From Klebsormidium nitens (taxonomy: Eukaryota > Plantae > Klebsormidiophyceae): a DNA stretch of 64,000 nucleotides. Location of the stretch: assembly GCA_000708835.1 (NCBI GenBank), contig DF237139.1, positions 90,606 through 154,605 on the forward strand. Direction: 5' to 3'. This document shows, in pieces, positions 1 to 12,320 of this stretch; position 1 is the stretch's first letter; each line of letters starts with the position of its first letter. Under the pieces are notes generated by a model. It was given only the letters and a program-made list of their open reading frames with translations. It was not told the DNA's origin and did not search any database. Position numbers and translations under genes: made by a program.

Positions 1-3000
1 TTCACGCTCCCCTCCAGGTGCAGCTCGCCCGTTAACCCGGTCACTAACCCGGTGTCCGCGTCGGTGTGAATACCCCGGATGAACGCGTTGCCCCAGTCCA
101 TGAGCGTCACTTCTTCGCCCTCTTTGACTGCGGCCGCGTCGGCCTGGTCGAGCCAGATCGCGCGCGTGAACGTGGTCGCCTTTTTGCCGGCGCCGTCGAA
201 CTTTTTGTGGCGGGGGAGGATCTGCAAAGGAGGCGGAGAGATTTCTTTTTGACGACTTACATGATCACGGTAGACCAAAAACGAAACAAAGGTATTACAG
301 GTCGTCCCCTTTTTGCCGGCGCTGGCGAACGTTCTGTGGCGGGGGAGGCTCTGGGAGGGGAAGAGCGCAAAGCTGAGAAGCGACAAATAATCTTGTCAAG
401 GTTTGCTTGAATAATCAGGTCAGACCAAAAACGAAGTAGAGTGTTGAAGGTGGTCGCCTTCTGCTGGCGCCGTCGAGATTCTTGTGGCGGGGGATAATCT
501 GACGAAACGGGGCAAAAAGGTGGGAACCGAAGGACAAAATTCCAAGAATGTTTCGTAGCCTCACGATTAAACCAAAAATGACTGACAAAGAGGCCGAGCG
601 TAAGATATAAGAAAACGGTGGTCGAACTAAACCGCCAGTGCGCTGGTGAGGATTCTGAGCTGATAATTGTAGGAAGTACTCTCAGAGAACTGGAAAAAAG
701 AAAATACTGGTCGTCATGTGGATAGCAGGGGGCAAAGGTGAGCATGACTACGATTCAATATCAAAAGCATCTCTGCATTGGGGCTTCAAGGAAAATGCAA
801 ACGTGTCTCTCGTGCTCTGGTTGACGCTAGCAGTCGACGTTGTTGCTGATGGCGGCAGAAGACGTCAGCATAGGTCTCCCAACGCAAACTCAGAAGAGAC
901 GGCCGCTACGCATCTATATTAACGAAGCAGAATACCTCTGCAACTCAAGATAGAAATGGCCTTGCCATCAGCTAAGCAGCACTAAGACTAATCGCCGTTT
1001 CATGCAAAGACTGAAGCCTATAAGAAGACGTGAACTACCATGAGCGGACGCACCTTGACGATAGGCTCTTGCGGCCCGTTGGAGAGCGTGAGCAGGACCT
1101 TGGCTTCCGAGATGACGGCGGTGTGGCGGGGGCAGACGGGGTCGATGATCCGCTTATTGATCGTCCATAGCTTATCCCACTCCATCAGGTTCTGGTTCTT
1201 CGACGCGCCCTGCCCCACCAGACAGTTACTCGGTCAGCAAGCGGCAGCGTTTCGGTAGTTTGCAGGCCTCAGACCCATCAAGGGTAAAGAACTTATTGTC
1301 CAAAGAACACGGCTTCTAAACAAGTGTGTAGCAAACCGTGCACAACGTAACCGAGGTGACACCAATGTGTAATATGAAAGGAACGCCTTCAATATTGGCT
1401 TAAGGCGAGCTTGTAGACCCTTCAAAGGACTCAGTAAGCCCGTTTATTTTTTCATCACAACACAAAGTCGGTTCCAGGAGGGGCGGAACCATCTTCCCGT
1501 TCTGACAGGTGTTAGAGGAACCGTTCCAGGCAATTACTGCTTCAATAGTAAAGTGCCCCTCTTCTCGCTTCCGCCAGCTCCGACGTCCGCACCTCCAGCG
1601 GAATCGTTCCCAGTTATTCTGCCCAAACGGGGAACCCTAACTTCCTCCTTTCAAGCCCTTTTCTTACCCCGCCCCACCCGCAGAAAAACAAAGTCCTCGA
1701 GCACCTTCATATACCACAAACCGATCAAACCAACAACCCCCCCCGGCTTTCTCAGTCGTTTGCACCCCCACCTGGGAGAGAACGAACTCCTTCAGCGCCT
1801 TTCTCCCCACAACAACCCAAACACCCTGCCCCACCCCCTCAAACCCTCTCTGAAACCTGCACCCCCCACCTCTGAAACGAACAAAACCACCCCCCAGCTT
1901 TTTCACTCGTTTGCACCCCCCACCTGCGAAAGGATGAACTCCTTGAGCGCCTGCACGGTGAGCCCCCGGCGCAAGATGCCTTGCACGGTGGGGAAGCGCG
2001 GGTCGTCCCACCCCTCCACCTTGCCGTTGTCCACGAACCACTGCAACTTGCGCTTGCTCAGCAGCGTGTACACGAAGTTGAGCCGGCTGAAGTCCCACAT
2101 GTGCACCTTGCGGACGTCCAAGTCGGACAACACCCGGTCGTACTGCAAGTAAACGATGGGTTATCTCGTTGAGACGCCCTTTAGAAACAACTCGGACGAT
2201 ATTGAGGATGTTCCGGACGGCTTTTCAAAGGATCCGGACGCCGATAAAAGAAAGCCGCTGCTCAGCAAAGTCTACAAGAAGTTGAGCAGGCTGATGGCCC
2301 AGACCTGCATCTTCCGGACGCCATGATCGGACAGGACCCGGTCCTACTGCTGGGGCAAAGTTTCGGACGTTTTCCTTTTGAAATGTTCAAAGGTAGTTTG
2401 TTTTTGTTGAAAATGTTTCGGACGGTTTCCACAGGATTTAGACGTCGACAGAAGAGTTTGGCTACTCTGAGCGTATACACGAAGTCGAGCCGGGCTGAAG
2501 GTCCCACATGCGCACTTACGGACGCCCAAATCAGACAGGACCCGGTCGTACTGCAGGAATGATTTTCGATCGATTTCCAGTGTGATCCGGACGCTCGAGG
2601 AACATTTTCGTTGGAGAGTGACTTTTGACGTCCACTATTTGCTCAGCAGTGTGTACACCAAGTTGAACCGGCAACCAAAATTGGACAAGCCTGGTCGTAA
2701 TGCAAATGCAAGACTCCAAAGTTCTCAGGGATCTTTATGGCCAGGGAGCTGCGACGGAAGGTCCTTCAAACGATGAGAGAACTCTCCAGTCTACCTTGAA
2801 TACCCGCGACGTCGTTGGCAACCGTGATTGCTTCGGAGTTTTTTGAGGTCGCTTTGATAAGAATCAATCGGCTGAACAGAGTACGCGGATACTGCACAGA
2901 TGATTCTCGTAAGACTTCTATCAATTCTGGGTATCAGCCGCCTGGATACCCTTCCGGGCGTTTCAAACTTCTTGTGTGCAGAATTCGGGTTAAGATACCG

Positions 3001-6000
3001 GTTTCGCTTACCAGCTCGTTCCGATCGTGGTACTCGCTCGAGCGCAGCGCGTGTGTCACCCCCTCTATGCTGTCGACGTACGGGCAGGCGAAGTCGTATG
3101 TCGGGTACGCCTGGATAACGTCAGCAGAAGCGTCAGCACTAACTTTAGTGTCAGAAACAGCAAGGATGGATGTCGAAAGGGACATGATGTGTGTCTGTCA
3201 AGTTGCAGAAAAAGTCAAATTTTCCTGGTGGCAGGGATCTCCCTATCGATCTTTCGCTAGACGATCTTTTTCCAGAAAAGAGTGTAGATCTTTTCCTAGC
3301 GTTAGCGCGATTCAGCCATCTTATCGTAGATCGAAGAAGACATCTCTACGGTGAAGCAAACTGTTAGTCCTTTGGAATCAGCCAGATGAAACAACACAGC
3401 GGTAAGCGGACTACATATATGCGAACCTTTTGAGTCCGGCTTGCTTTCCCACTCTCCAGAAAACCCAAAACCTGAACGCCGCCAAAACCCCAAATGGCAA
3501 GATTCCGAAACCAGAAAGAACCGGAAACCCACCTTGTATTTTGTTCCGACCCGGTGATGCGGCATGGGGTTGCAGCGGTAGTACACCGGATACCACATTG
3601 CCTCGTTGGCGCCTGCATGTCCGGCTTGCTTCGTACGAAGCCTTCCAAAAAAGATAGAGAATATCACACTCTCCAGCCTGCCAGACCGTGTTACAACGAT
3701 ACCCCGAAACACCAGAGACCGAAACCTCAAAAATATACCCGAACTCACCATGTACTTCGTTCCGACCCTGTGATGCGGCATGGGGTTGCAGCGGTAGTAC
3801 ACCGGGTCGCGCATCGCCTTGTTGGCGGCCTGCATGTCGAGCTTCCCGCGCACGCAGCACTTCTTGCCCTCCTCCGTGCCCTTGAGCATCTCCGCCCACA
3901 TGGCCAGGTTCTTCTCCACGCTGTTGTCGCGGTTCACGCTGTTGTCGCCCACCATGCGCTCTGCAAAAGACTTTGGGAGTTTAGCGTCGAAAACTTGGGC
4001 TTGAAAAAAGAGGGGAGGGTAGTGGGTTCAAGGGAACAGCGTTGTTGTCGCGATTCACGGTGTTCTCGCCAACCATGCGCTCTGCGGAAGGAATATCGAC
4101 CAATCCCGTAGGAGTTCAGTGTCGGAAATTTGCGCTCAAAAGATCAGGAGCGTAGTGAATAAATGGAAGTTCTGCTGAACGCTGTTGTCGCGGTTCACGC
4201 TGTTCTTGCCAACTGTGCGCTCTGCAAACGATCCTCGCGGTCATGAGGTTTGGAGTTTTGTTGGAGGAATCATTCTTTGGGGGTTCAAATTAAGGTAAAC
4301 GAGGTTGATGATATCTGCATGGGTGCATGACGATGCCTAGTCTAGGAATGAAGAACATAGGCAGCGGAGGGCCTTGTGTTCCGGTAATGACGCTCCTGGA
4401 ACGCTGACTCAGCAGGCTTGGCAATCTGATGGCCCTTCCGTTGAAGACCCAAACAACAGTCGCGTACTGCAAAGCAGCAGAGACAGAACCCGAAGCGCGA
4501 CAACTTTTAACACCAGGGCAAAGAGGACTGTAACGCTATCATTCCTGCCGAAACGCCGCTCACCCGCGCGCATCTTCTCCTGCGGCGTGTCATCCACATA
4601 CGCCTTCCCTTCGCGTATCATCCGCTCGCACTCCTTCTGCAGCTGCTCGAAGTAGTTGCTCGTATACGTGACCGGCCCGTCTCCCTTCACTCCCAACGTT
4701 TGAAGATCCGTCAGAATGTTCTGGACGAAGTCCTCCTTCTCTTTGCTGGGGTTCGTGTCGTCGAAGCGGATGATGAGTCGGCCCTTGTACTTGGTTGCGA
4801 AGTACTGGTTGAGGAGCGCGGCTTTAGCGTGCCCGATGTGGAGGTAGCCGCTCGGTTCGGGCGGGAAACGGGTTACGACCTGCAGGTTTAGATTAGGGTC
4901 GAGGTTGGAAGGGTGAATCAATTCAGTTTTGAATGTTGTGGACTGAGTACGGAAGCTCAGAACTTGGTGATAAAAAGCAGAAACGAACTATGTGTAGTAA
5001 GTGGTCTTTTTTGACAGATCGGAGTCGAGCATAACCACTCATGCCTGGCCGCCTGAGCGCAAAATGGACAACAACCTGCGGGAGGTATAAAGAAGCTTCG
5101 ATCAAGCAGGCACTATATCGGATTCCGAAACGGCAACGAGCTACGCTCCTGTTGAATGAGAGTTAGGCATATCCCGCTCACTAAAACGAAAACGAAGAGA
5201 CCGCTGGGCTTGCATGGGTATCGCGGCATGATAGCAGAGTTTTCCCAAGCATAGATCGTGGGCCTCCGTGTCTGGTATCAGATGGTGGTTCAGTTTAAAG
5301 CACGAAACTGCAAACGAGGGACCTCGGATGAAAGTGGAGACAGCCGTTTGGCTCAGGACAAACACGAATCACATTCTGTGGAGGTCTCCGAAATGGACAC
5401 AAAACCAGGGCAAAAATTTCAGGAGAAATGTCCACATCAAATCGAGGAGTTGTGCCCAACGCTCACCTTCCCTTCGGCAGCGTCCGGCAAATTGACGTCA
5501 AACGAGCCCTCGTCCTTTGCCGCTTCCGCTTTGCCGCTCCCCTTTCCTGCTTCGGCCCCCTTCTTGTCGCTCGCTGGGGCCCCCTTGACCTCGCCCCCCC
5601 GAGGCTTCGGCCCATATTCTGCCGCGACTAGTTGCAATTCCGCAACTGTCCCGAGAGCGGTTGAGAACCAGCGGGAAAGGTTTGGAAACTTGGTCGTGGA
5701 GCGCAGTAGGGCCTCCCATCGCTTTCCGGCAGCTGCAAAGTGAGGGCATTGATTGGCGGTAACATACTTGCTTCACTAATCTGGATTGATTCATTTCTCC
5801 ACCGTAACTTGCATACGCAAATCCCAAACAAAGAAGAGGTCGGTAAGCCCTATACGAAAGGCTTCGTATTGCCTGCCATTTGCTGGTGAGATTTCCGTCA
5901 GACAAATGTTCTGCTCCTTCTGAACCAAACCACACTTCGGCACTGGTATGGAATGTCCAAAAAACGATACAAATGGTTAACATAGCCTTCCAAAAGTGGA

Positions 6001-7165
6001 ATGGAGAGCTGGAGTTTTCGTCCAGAGTGCTTCCACTATATGCCTACTTACATAATTGTACTGTAGCGACAAGCGTTGCTTATATTCCGCCCTCGACGTC
6101 TGACCTATTATGAGCATCCTCATATCTTTGACACTCCCCTCATGTCGGCACCTCAAAACCATCACAACGTCCAACTTCAAAAGCGAGCCAGCCAGAAATA
6201 ACACCCACCTTGCAGCTGGGCCCAAACCGCGATGTCCGCGATCGTCAACTGATACCCCGCCAGAAACGTTCTCAGCTCCAAGAAACTGTCAATGTAAGCA
6301 CACGTCCGCTCGAACTCGGCGCCGATCGCCAGCGTCGGGGCATAGTCCACCCACTCATCGACCTCCCCAGCTGAGGCGGCATCGACGCCATAGAAACCGA
6401 CAGCCTTGCTGGCGCGCCCGATGTAGCGAAGCAGAGTTGCAGTGCCTCGTAGCTGGTCCCTGGTTTTTGGGAAGAGTAAGGTCTGAGTTTGCATGATTCT
6501 CAGCGGTCTTTGAAAATGGTATGCGCGAAGAAAAGATGCAGAAGAATTGACGCTGAACAAGTTCGGGAAGGAAGTTGCTGGAAGGAACAATGTAAAGATG
6601 ACAAATGGCAGCGCCGCAAAACTCATCTGGTGCTGACAGTCGCAGCAAAGCTGTCGATTTATCTGCTTTCTCGAATTGTAATCCTCGCAAAAGGCCCAAT
6701 CCACCACCACTTCGATGCCGTGAAGCATTACAGAAATCTTGCCACTAAAAGCACGGGATAATAGATTTCAGAGAGCCGACAAACAGCAATAAAACTTTTG
6801 TCAACCAGAAGTTTTATGTCAAAATTGCAACACCCGTGATATCTCACCCTTCTTAGCAACAATCAAGGAAAGTCAGCGGTGGCAAATTAAAGCCCAAAGC
6901 TAACTTGCCTTTGCCTCCAGATTGGAGGCAGACCGTTTCCAGCTTGACAATTGTGATCTCCCATGCTAAGCCGGATCAAGAAAAGAGATTGCTGATTGGT
7001 GAAACATAACACCACCCCTCACCCGTTTGCGAAAGTCAGGACCGGCGCCGCTGCCTTGTCTGCAGACTGGTCTGGCTTGGGGGCTAGATCCACGTGGCCA
7101 ACTTTTGCAGCAGCCAGAAGGGCAAGCGGGGGCGCGCTCGCAGGAAAGGAAAGCGTCGCCATCAT
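1..7165 (-). CDS. GluRS: Cytosolic glutamyl-tRNA synthetase with N-terminal GST-like domain; 3' end lies beyond the left edge. Exons: 7165-7023, 6459-6209, 5732-5467, 4879-4564, 3960-3749, 3110-3012, 2142-1924, 1209-1054, 221-<1
   Basis: Class I aaRS motifs [45 protein letters not shown] and VTLMDWGN. All introns GT-AG with consistent phases. Confidence 0.96.
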
Positions 7166-8057
7166 GGCATTGGTGGCGTTGCCAATGCTCGTCTTCTGCT
7201 GCACTGAAGACTGAAGTTGAAGTACCGTACTTCATCTGCAGGAGCCCGAGGGTTGATTTCGTATTTCCGGCGCGGAACCGGAGGATAAGACCGGAACGTA
7301 AGGCGGAACCCCGAACCTTGAAACCCTCCAGGGCGGAAGTTGAAGCATTCAAACGCGCGGCCGCGCCGCACGTACACCGCGCCGCGCGAACGTACGTACG
7401 TGCCCCGGCCGAATCCTTGTCTTGTAAGACAGTCTTACACTGACTTACACACTTACACAGGTCTCTCACAAAGTGGCGACAGTCTGAAGTCAACTCTCTA
7501 CTAGCTGTGCCGCCACTGCCAGACGTCACCGAGGCTGAGAGCCCGTTCTGTCTTTCTTAAGATGGTGAAGGTGGCATGGTTGTCATCCACAAGTCCAGCA
7601 CTACTAGGAGTAGGACGAGCAGGAAATATTCAGATCGAGCACAAGTGTGTGTCTTCTGGCTGGGCCGCGAAGCAGCACGGCAGCTGTGAGTGCATACTTT
7701 TGTTTGTGGCCCATGATTATGGATATGGATCCAATAGCCTCAATAGGGTAGCTGAGTAATTGTATAACCAAGTAGACTGCCAGTAAGACGCTTCTTGGCC
7801 GGTGAACCTGTGCGCATGCTTTCCCCGTCATTCTCAGGTCTCCGTTTGCTGATGTCTGCTCACGTCAGTGGTTGTCAGCTGCATGGTGTGCTGTCTTTGC
7901 CTCATCTATGTGAGGTTTGGATTGGGACAGATTTGAGAATCAATATGTGGTTGGCGTGCCCTTTCCCTGGCATCTGGTCCACTCACGGATTTTAGTGTGC
8001 GCTCTTGCTTCTCAAGTTATTCAGCGTCTTACCATAATCTGTTGCTTGGTGCTGCAG

Positions 8058-11000
8058 TTGTCGTCGCCAGTTCAAAGGATCGTCAGGAGGAGAAGAACTT
8101 GTCAAGGAAGAGTAAGTCCTCCACCTGATATTTTAGAAGCATACAAGAGAAGCTTCTGTTCTGTTTTGATAGGTTTGTCAACGTATCAATGGACTTTAGT
8201 GACAGTGCTCAAGGCAATCCTGTAATCATCTCAGATCGACCACCTCAGATCGAAGCCTCGATTGTAACTGAGCACCCCAACCAATCGGGTCTCGGATCCG
8301 AAGCAGCTCTCAACGTTGAATAAGCAGGTCCAAGTATGGGTCATGGTACGGGTGAGTCTTTTGGGGCAACTGCCAGGTTTATACAACTGATATGTATTTT
8401 CGGTCAACAGAGTCAGGTGCCAAAGAGCAAGCACCGGTTCAGATCGGCGGCCCTGGAAAACCGGGAACTGGTGAGGACATTCCTCAACCATTCCTCACCT
8501 CCAAGGAATTTCAAAGAATGGGCCATAACGGACATGGGTAGATTGTACGTCAGCTTTGACAACCAAATGATATCAAGTACTGCCACTATCGACAGGCTTC
8601 AACGTTTTCCCTTCTTCAGGCATAAATCATCCTTCTCGGACTTAACAGTGTCTACCGCCGTGGATGAATCGCCCAGAGATTTATATTATCGTTATTCCTC
8701 TGAATATTGTGGGTGCCTGCTAAACGTTCAATCTATCAGCTTCTGCTTTTCAGGGTCTTCCGAACATGTCGACAGTGACTCAAGTCACAAGAACTTGAAG
8801 CGGCAGAATGATGATGGGACTCTCGCTTTCAAAGTCAACTCGGTCATTCCGTTCACTTGTTCTCTGTAAAGAGAAGGTGCATGTGCCAACCAAAGTGTTA
8901 CACGCTACGTCAAGAAACAATGTCCGAATTATGCTTTGAGTACCAGGAATCTTTAAGCAATTGCTTGTTTGCATTATTATTATGTCAGCAGGATAATTGA
9001 ACTGTAGGTGAAGGTTCAACAAAGAGTAGCTCCTGCCTCTCTGGCCATTCTATTCTAGAATGCAATCTCCCCTGGTCAAGCTGATCGGCGACTTTGCTGC
9101 ACAACACACTGTGATTATCGATGCACTTTCCTTGACATTGCAGCAGACGCCTGGATCCAGAAGCGCATCGAACAAGACCTACTCGAGGCTACCCCAATCG
9201 GAGTCGACGAGCAAGGCGAACCGATCTATCGGCGGCGGCAACAGGGTTACGTAAGTTTGCCTACACATATTCTCAATCCATGTCTGGTCTTATCCTTATC
9301 AAGGTGTTTTACACCAGGTGGCTTCTCGGACTGATAAGTTCCTCAGCGGACAGTTTCGTGTTGCAATCCTGCTCCGAAACACATTTCCTTTCGTATCTTT
9401 TCAGCAGGCTTTGACCATCTTTCTTGGTTTCCTGTGTCCGTCGTTCAGAGCTGAGTCTTATTGCCGTCCCCTTCCATTGAATGTGATCCGATACTTGGTT
9501 CACAGTCCCGGCCAAGGAGCGTCTGTGGCCTGTTTCCTGGTTTCACCTATGCCTTGGTGGAGGCGCCGCTTTGACCTCTCCTTATTTTGACAATCACTGA
9601 GCTCATGAACCCAAAACGCGCTCAAAACCACCTTGATGGTCGAACCCCTCCGTAAAGCCGGCCCCTTAGAGTTGATCAAGGGAGCTGTTGTGGGGAAGGC
9701 CTTCGGATTCCGCAGCATGGAGACGCGTCATGACCGCATCCTACCCCCATGCTTTGTCCTCCGCATCAAGAGCAAAGTCTTCGATTTCAGAATGTGACCC
9801 TTAGACTACGCCGGGCTTAATATGCCGAACTCGTTTACGCTGTGCTAATTTTTGGGGGATTGTTTCCTGGTTATATCTGGGCTTAGTGAATACATTCCGA
9901 GAATAAACGCCTTGCGGAAGGGGTTTGCTAGTGATGTCTAACTCCTTGCCCGACGTCGACCCACAAATCACCTGATTTTGCCTGCTGAATAGCATCCATA
10001 AAGAGCTAATCTGAATTGAACAGCAGGTTATCATTCCTCCGGGCTATTGGGAGTCGGGTCGCCTAGGCATGGGGTGCGTGGAGGAGGGGCCGAGCGGTGA
10101 GGGCTCGAGCAATGAGGAGGACGCAAGTTCCGGAGCGGAGCCATTGAAGGAGGCCGGACCTCCGGAACAAGACCCTGACTTGCCAATCAAGAGTAAGGCC
10201 TTCGGCCAATGCTGCGCGTAATTTGCGTCCAGAAAAGACCGTAGTTCTGTGTTTCCTTCTGATACCGTATGAAAAGTTTCAAGTGCCATCCTGCGATGAT
10301 CTGAGAGAAGGCACCTCAGATCAAACGCTCACTCGTTTGATTCGAGCGCACCAAGTGACACATTTCACTGGGAGAGACCGGCTTTGAATGTCGCCAGGAA
10401 GGGTTCGGGTATGGGTGATGTTGGATTCATTGCGCCGCGAAGTGCCGGCTATGTACTGCTCGATTGTATTTTCCGCAGATTCAAAACCAGAATCTCAGGC
10501 ACCTGCTCAGCACGACGGCTCTGACCAAGCTGGGAGTGGTGAGAACCTTCCACTACCGCTAACAACAGGCTTCTGGAAGTTTTCCCTCGCGACTCATCGC
10601 TACGCGATCACTCAGCATTGTCTGTTGCATTTGATGGGTTGGCTATACGTACTGTGATGCCTGTAATCATTATCGTGATTGTCCGCTGAACACACTATTA
10701 ACCTTGATTTTGCTTTTCAGGGGCTTCCGCACCGGTCAAGGTTGACAGAGGAAAGAAGCGGCGGGAAGATGGTGGGACTCTTGCCATCGTCGAGGCATCT
10801 GATTGATTCAATGGCTGTCCAGTCAACCTCTTTCTTTTAATGTGGACACTGAAGTTAGGTTTTGTGGGTTGCACTCTATGCTGTTGCTCTATCATGTCAC
10901 CAAGAATTTGATTGACTGCCAGATTTGAGGATTCTAAATCACAGTTGCTGCGCCTCTGGCTCTTTCCGGCCTGAGCCGTACAAGGTGCGCATCTCCACGG

Positions 11001-12320
11001 TCAAGTCAAACGGCCACTTTTCCGCACAACATTCTTTGGCTAGTGAAGAAGTTTTTCCTGACATTGTAGCACGAGCCAGGATCGAGAAGCGCCTCGAACA
11101 AGACCGACTTGAGGCTACCCCAATTGGAATCAACGAGCAAGGCCGCCCGATCTATCGCCGGCGGCATGTGGGCTACGTAAGTATTTAACTACTTGTTTGC
11201 ATTCTTATCTGCTTTCATGCTCGTTGAAGTCCTATGCCAGGTAGTCATAGGACGACGCCCATGACTGTTAGAAGGAGGTGCTTTCGTGATAACTCAGTTC
11301 CATGTGAGTCTGATACTTGCATCACTTCCCCTTTGGTCAATTCCCGGCAGGCTTTTATCTAGCATCATTGTATATCACTTTTGATTTTCTTCTGCTGACA
11401 AGTGTACGCGAGAAACCGAGTCACTCTACGACCTTGTCTACCTTCTGCGTCCAGCAATCTGTCCGGAGCTGGCCGCTTTCAGAAACGACATTCTAATCAT
11501 GAAAACGGCCCATGGAAACGGCCCCAACGATTCGAAAGGTGTTTCCTCTCACTTTGCTGTGTGCAGCGTTCTAAAGCAGTCTAGAGTCTCTGACTTTCTG
11601 ATAATCAGCTCAACCCACAGTACATGCTATGTCTTTGTGAAAGCGCTTTGGCCTATCCATCCTCTCCCGTCCACCGAGATGTTCTTATCAAAAGCCGCGC
11701 TTGAACCGACTTCATCCCCTCGGTGATTTTAGCTTTTCATCAAGGAACCAGTTTTGCAAGTTTGCGGTATCTAGTAGTCTTCGCTGGCTCGGAACGCGTC
11801 ATAAGCGCATTCTTTTTTCCCCCTCTTTTCGTCCTCTAAACCATGAGCAAAGGAGCTGAGGAAAAGAACAGTTGAATACGCCTTTCAAAAATGTAAATGA
11901 GGGGCGAGACTGGGCAAGATGTCGACTCAGGAACGCGTAGGTGAGGCCGGATTATTGGCAAGATTTTGACTATACGGTTTTGGTTTACGTTCTGCTGGAC
12001 AGGATCCTTTCTAAACTCAATGAGTAAATCCCGATATTGAACGCTTTCGGAGAGGTGCTTTTGCAGAAGTCGACCTTGGCACACTTTCTCAGCTGCTATG
12101 CATGATGACAAGTTAGCTAAGCTGCACATCTCCCCTTCAGCTAATTTGAATTTGTACGCCAGGCTGCCAACATTCCGGGCGACGACTATTGGAACTCGGG
12201 TCGCCGTTGCGTCCTGGACGAGGAGGGGAAAGTGAGCGGCGAGGGCTCGAGTGACCTTGAGGACGCAAGGTCTGAAGCTGAGCAGTCGAACGAGGCCGAT
12301 CCTCTGGAAAAAGCCTCCGA
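8058..12320 (+). CDS. Unknown multi-exon gene (or decaying tandem paralogs) made of ~2.0-2.1-kb repeated exon modules; start not resolved
   Basis: Homologous exon pairs with conserved splice sites: 8754-8835 vs 10719-10793 (..DGTLA..); 9145-9250 vs 11075-11175 (LEATPIG(V/I)(D/N)EQG.PIYRRR..GY|gtaag); 10027-10191 vs ~12161-12320 (YW.SGR...SGEGSS..EDA.S). No family recognised. Confidence 0.4.

Noticed and set aside
1553-2152. Long plus-strand and alternative-frame ORFs over GluRS (also 1664-2098, 3494-4111)
   Set aside because: Antisense or frame shadows of GC-rich exons and C-rich introns.
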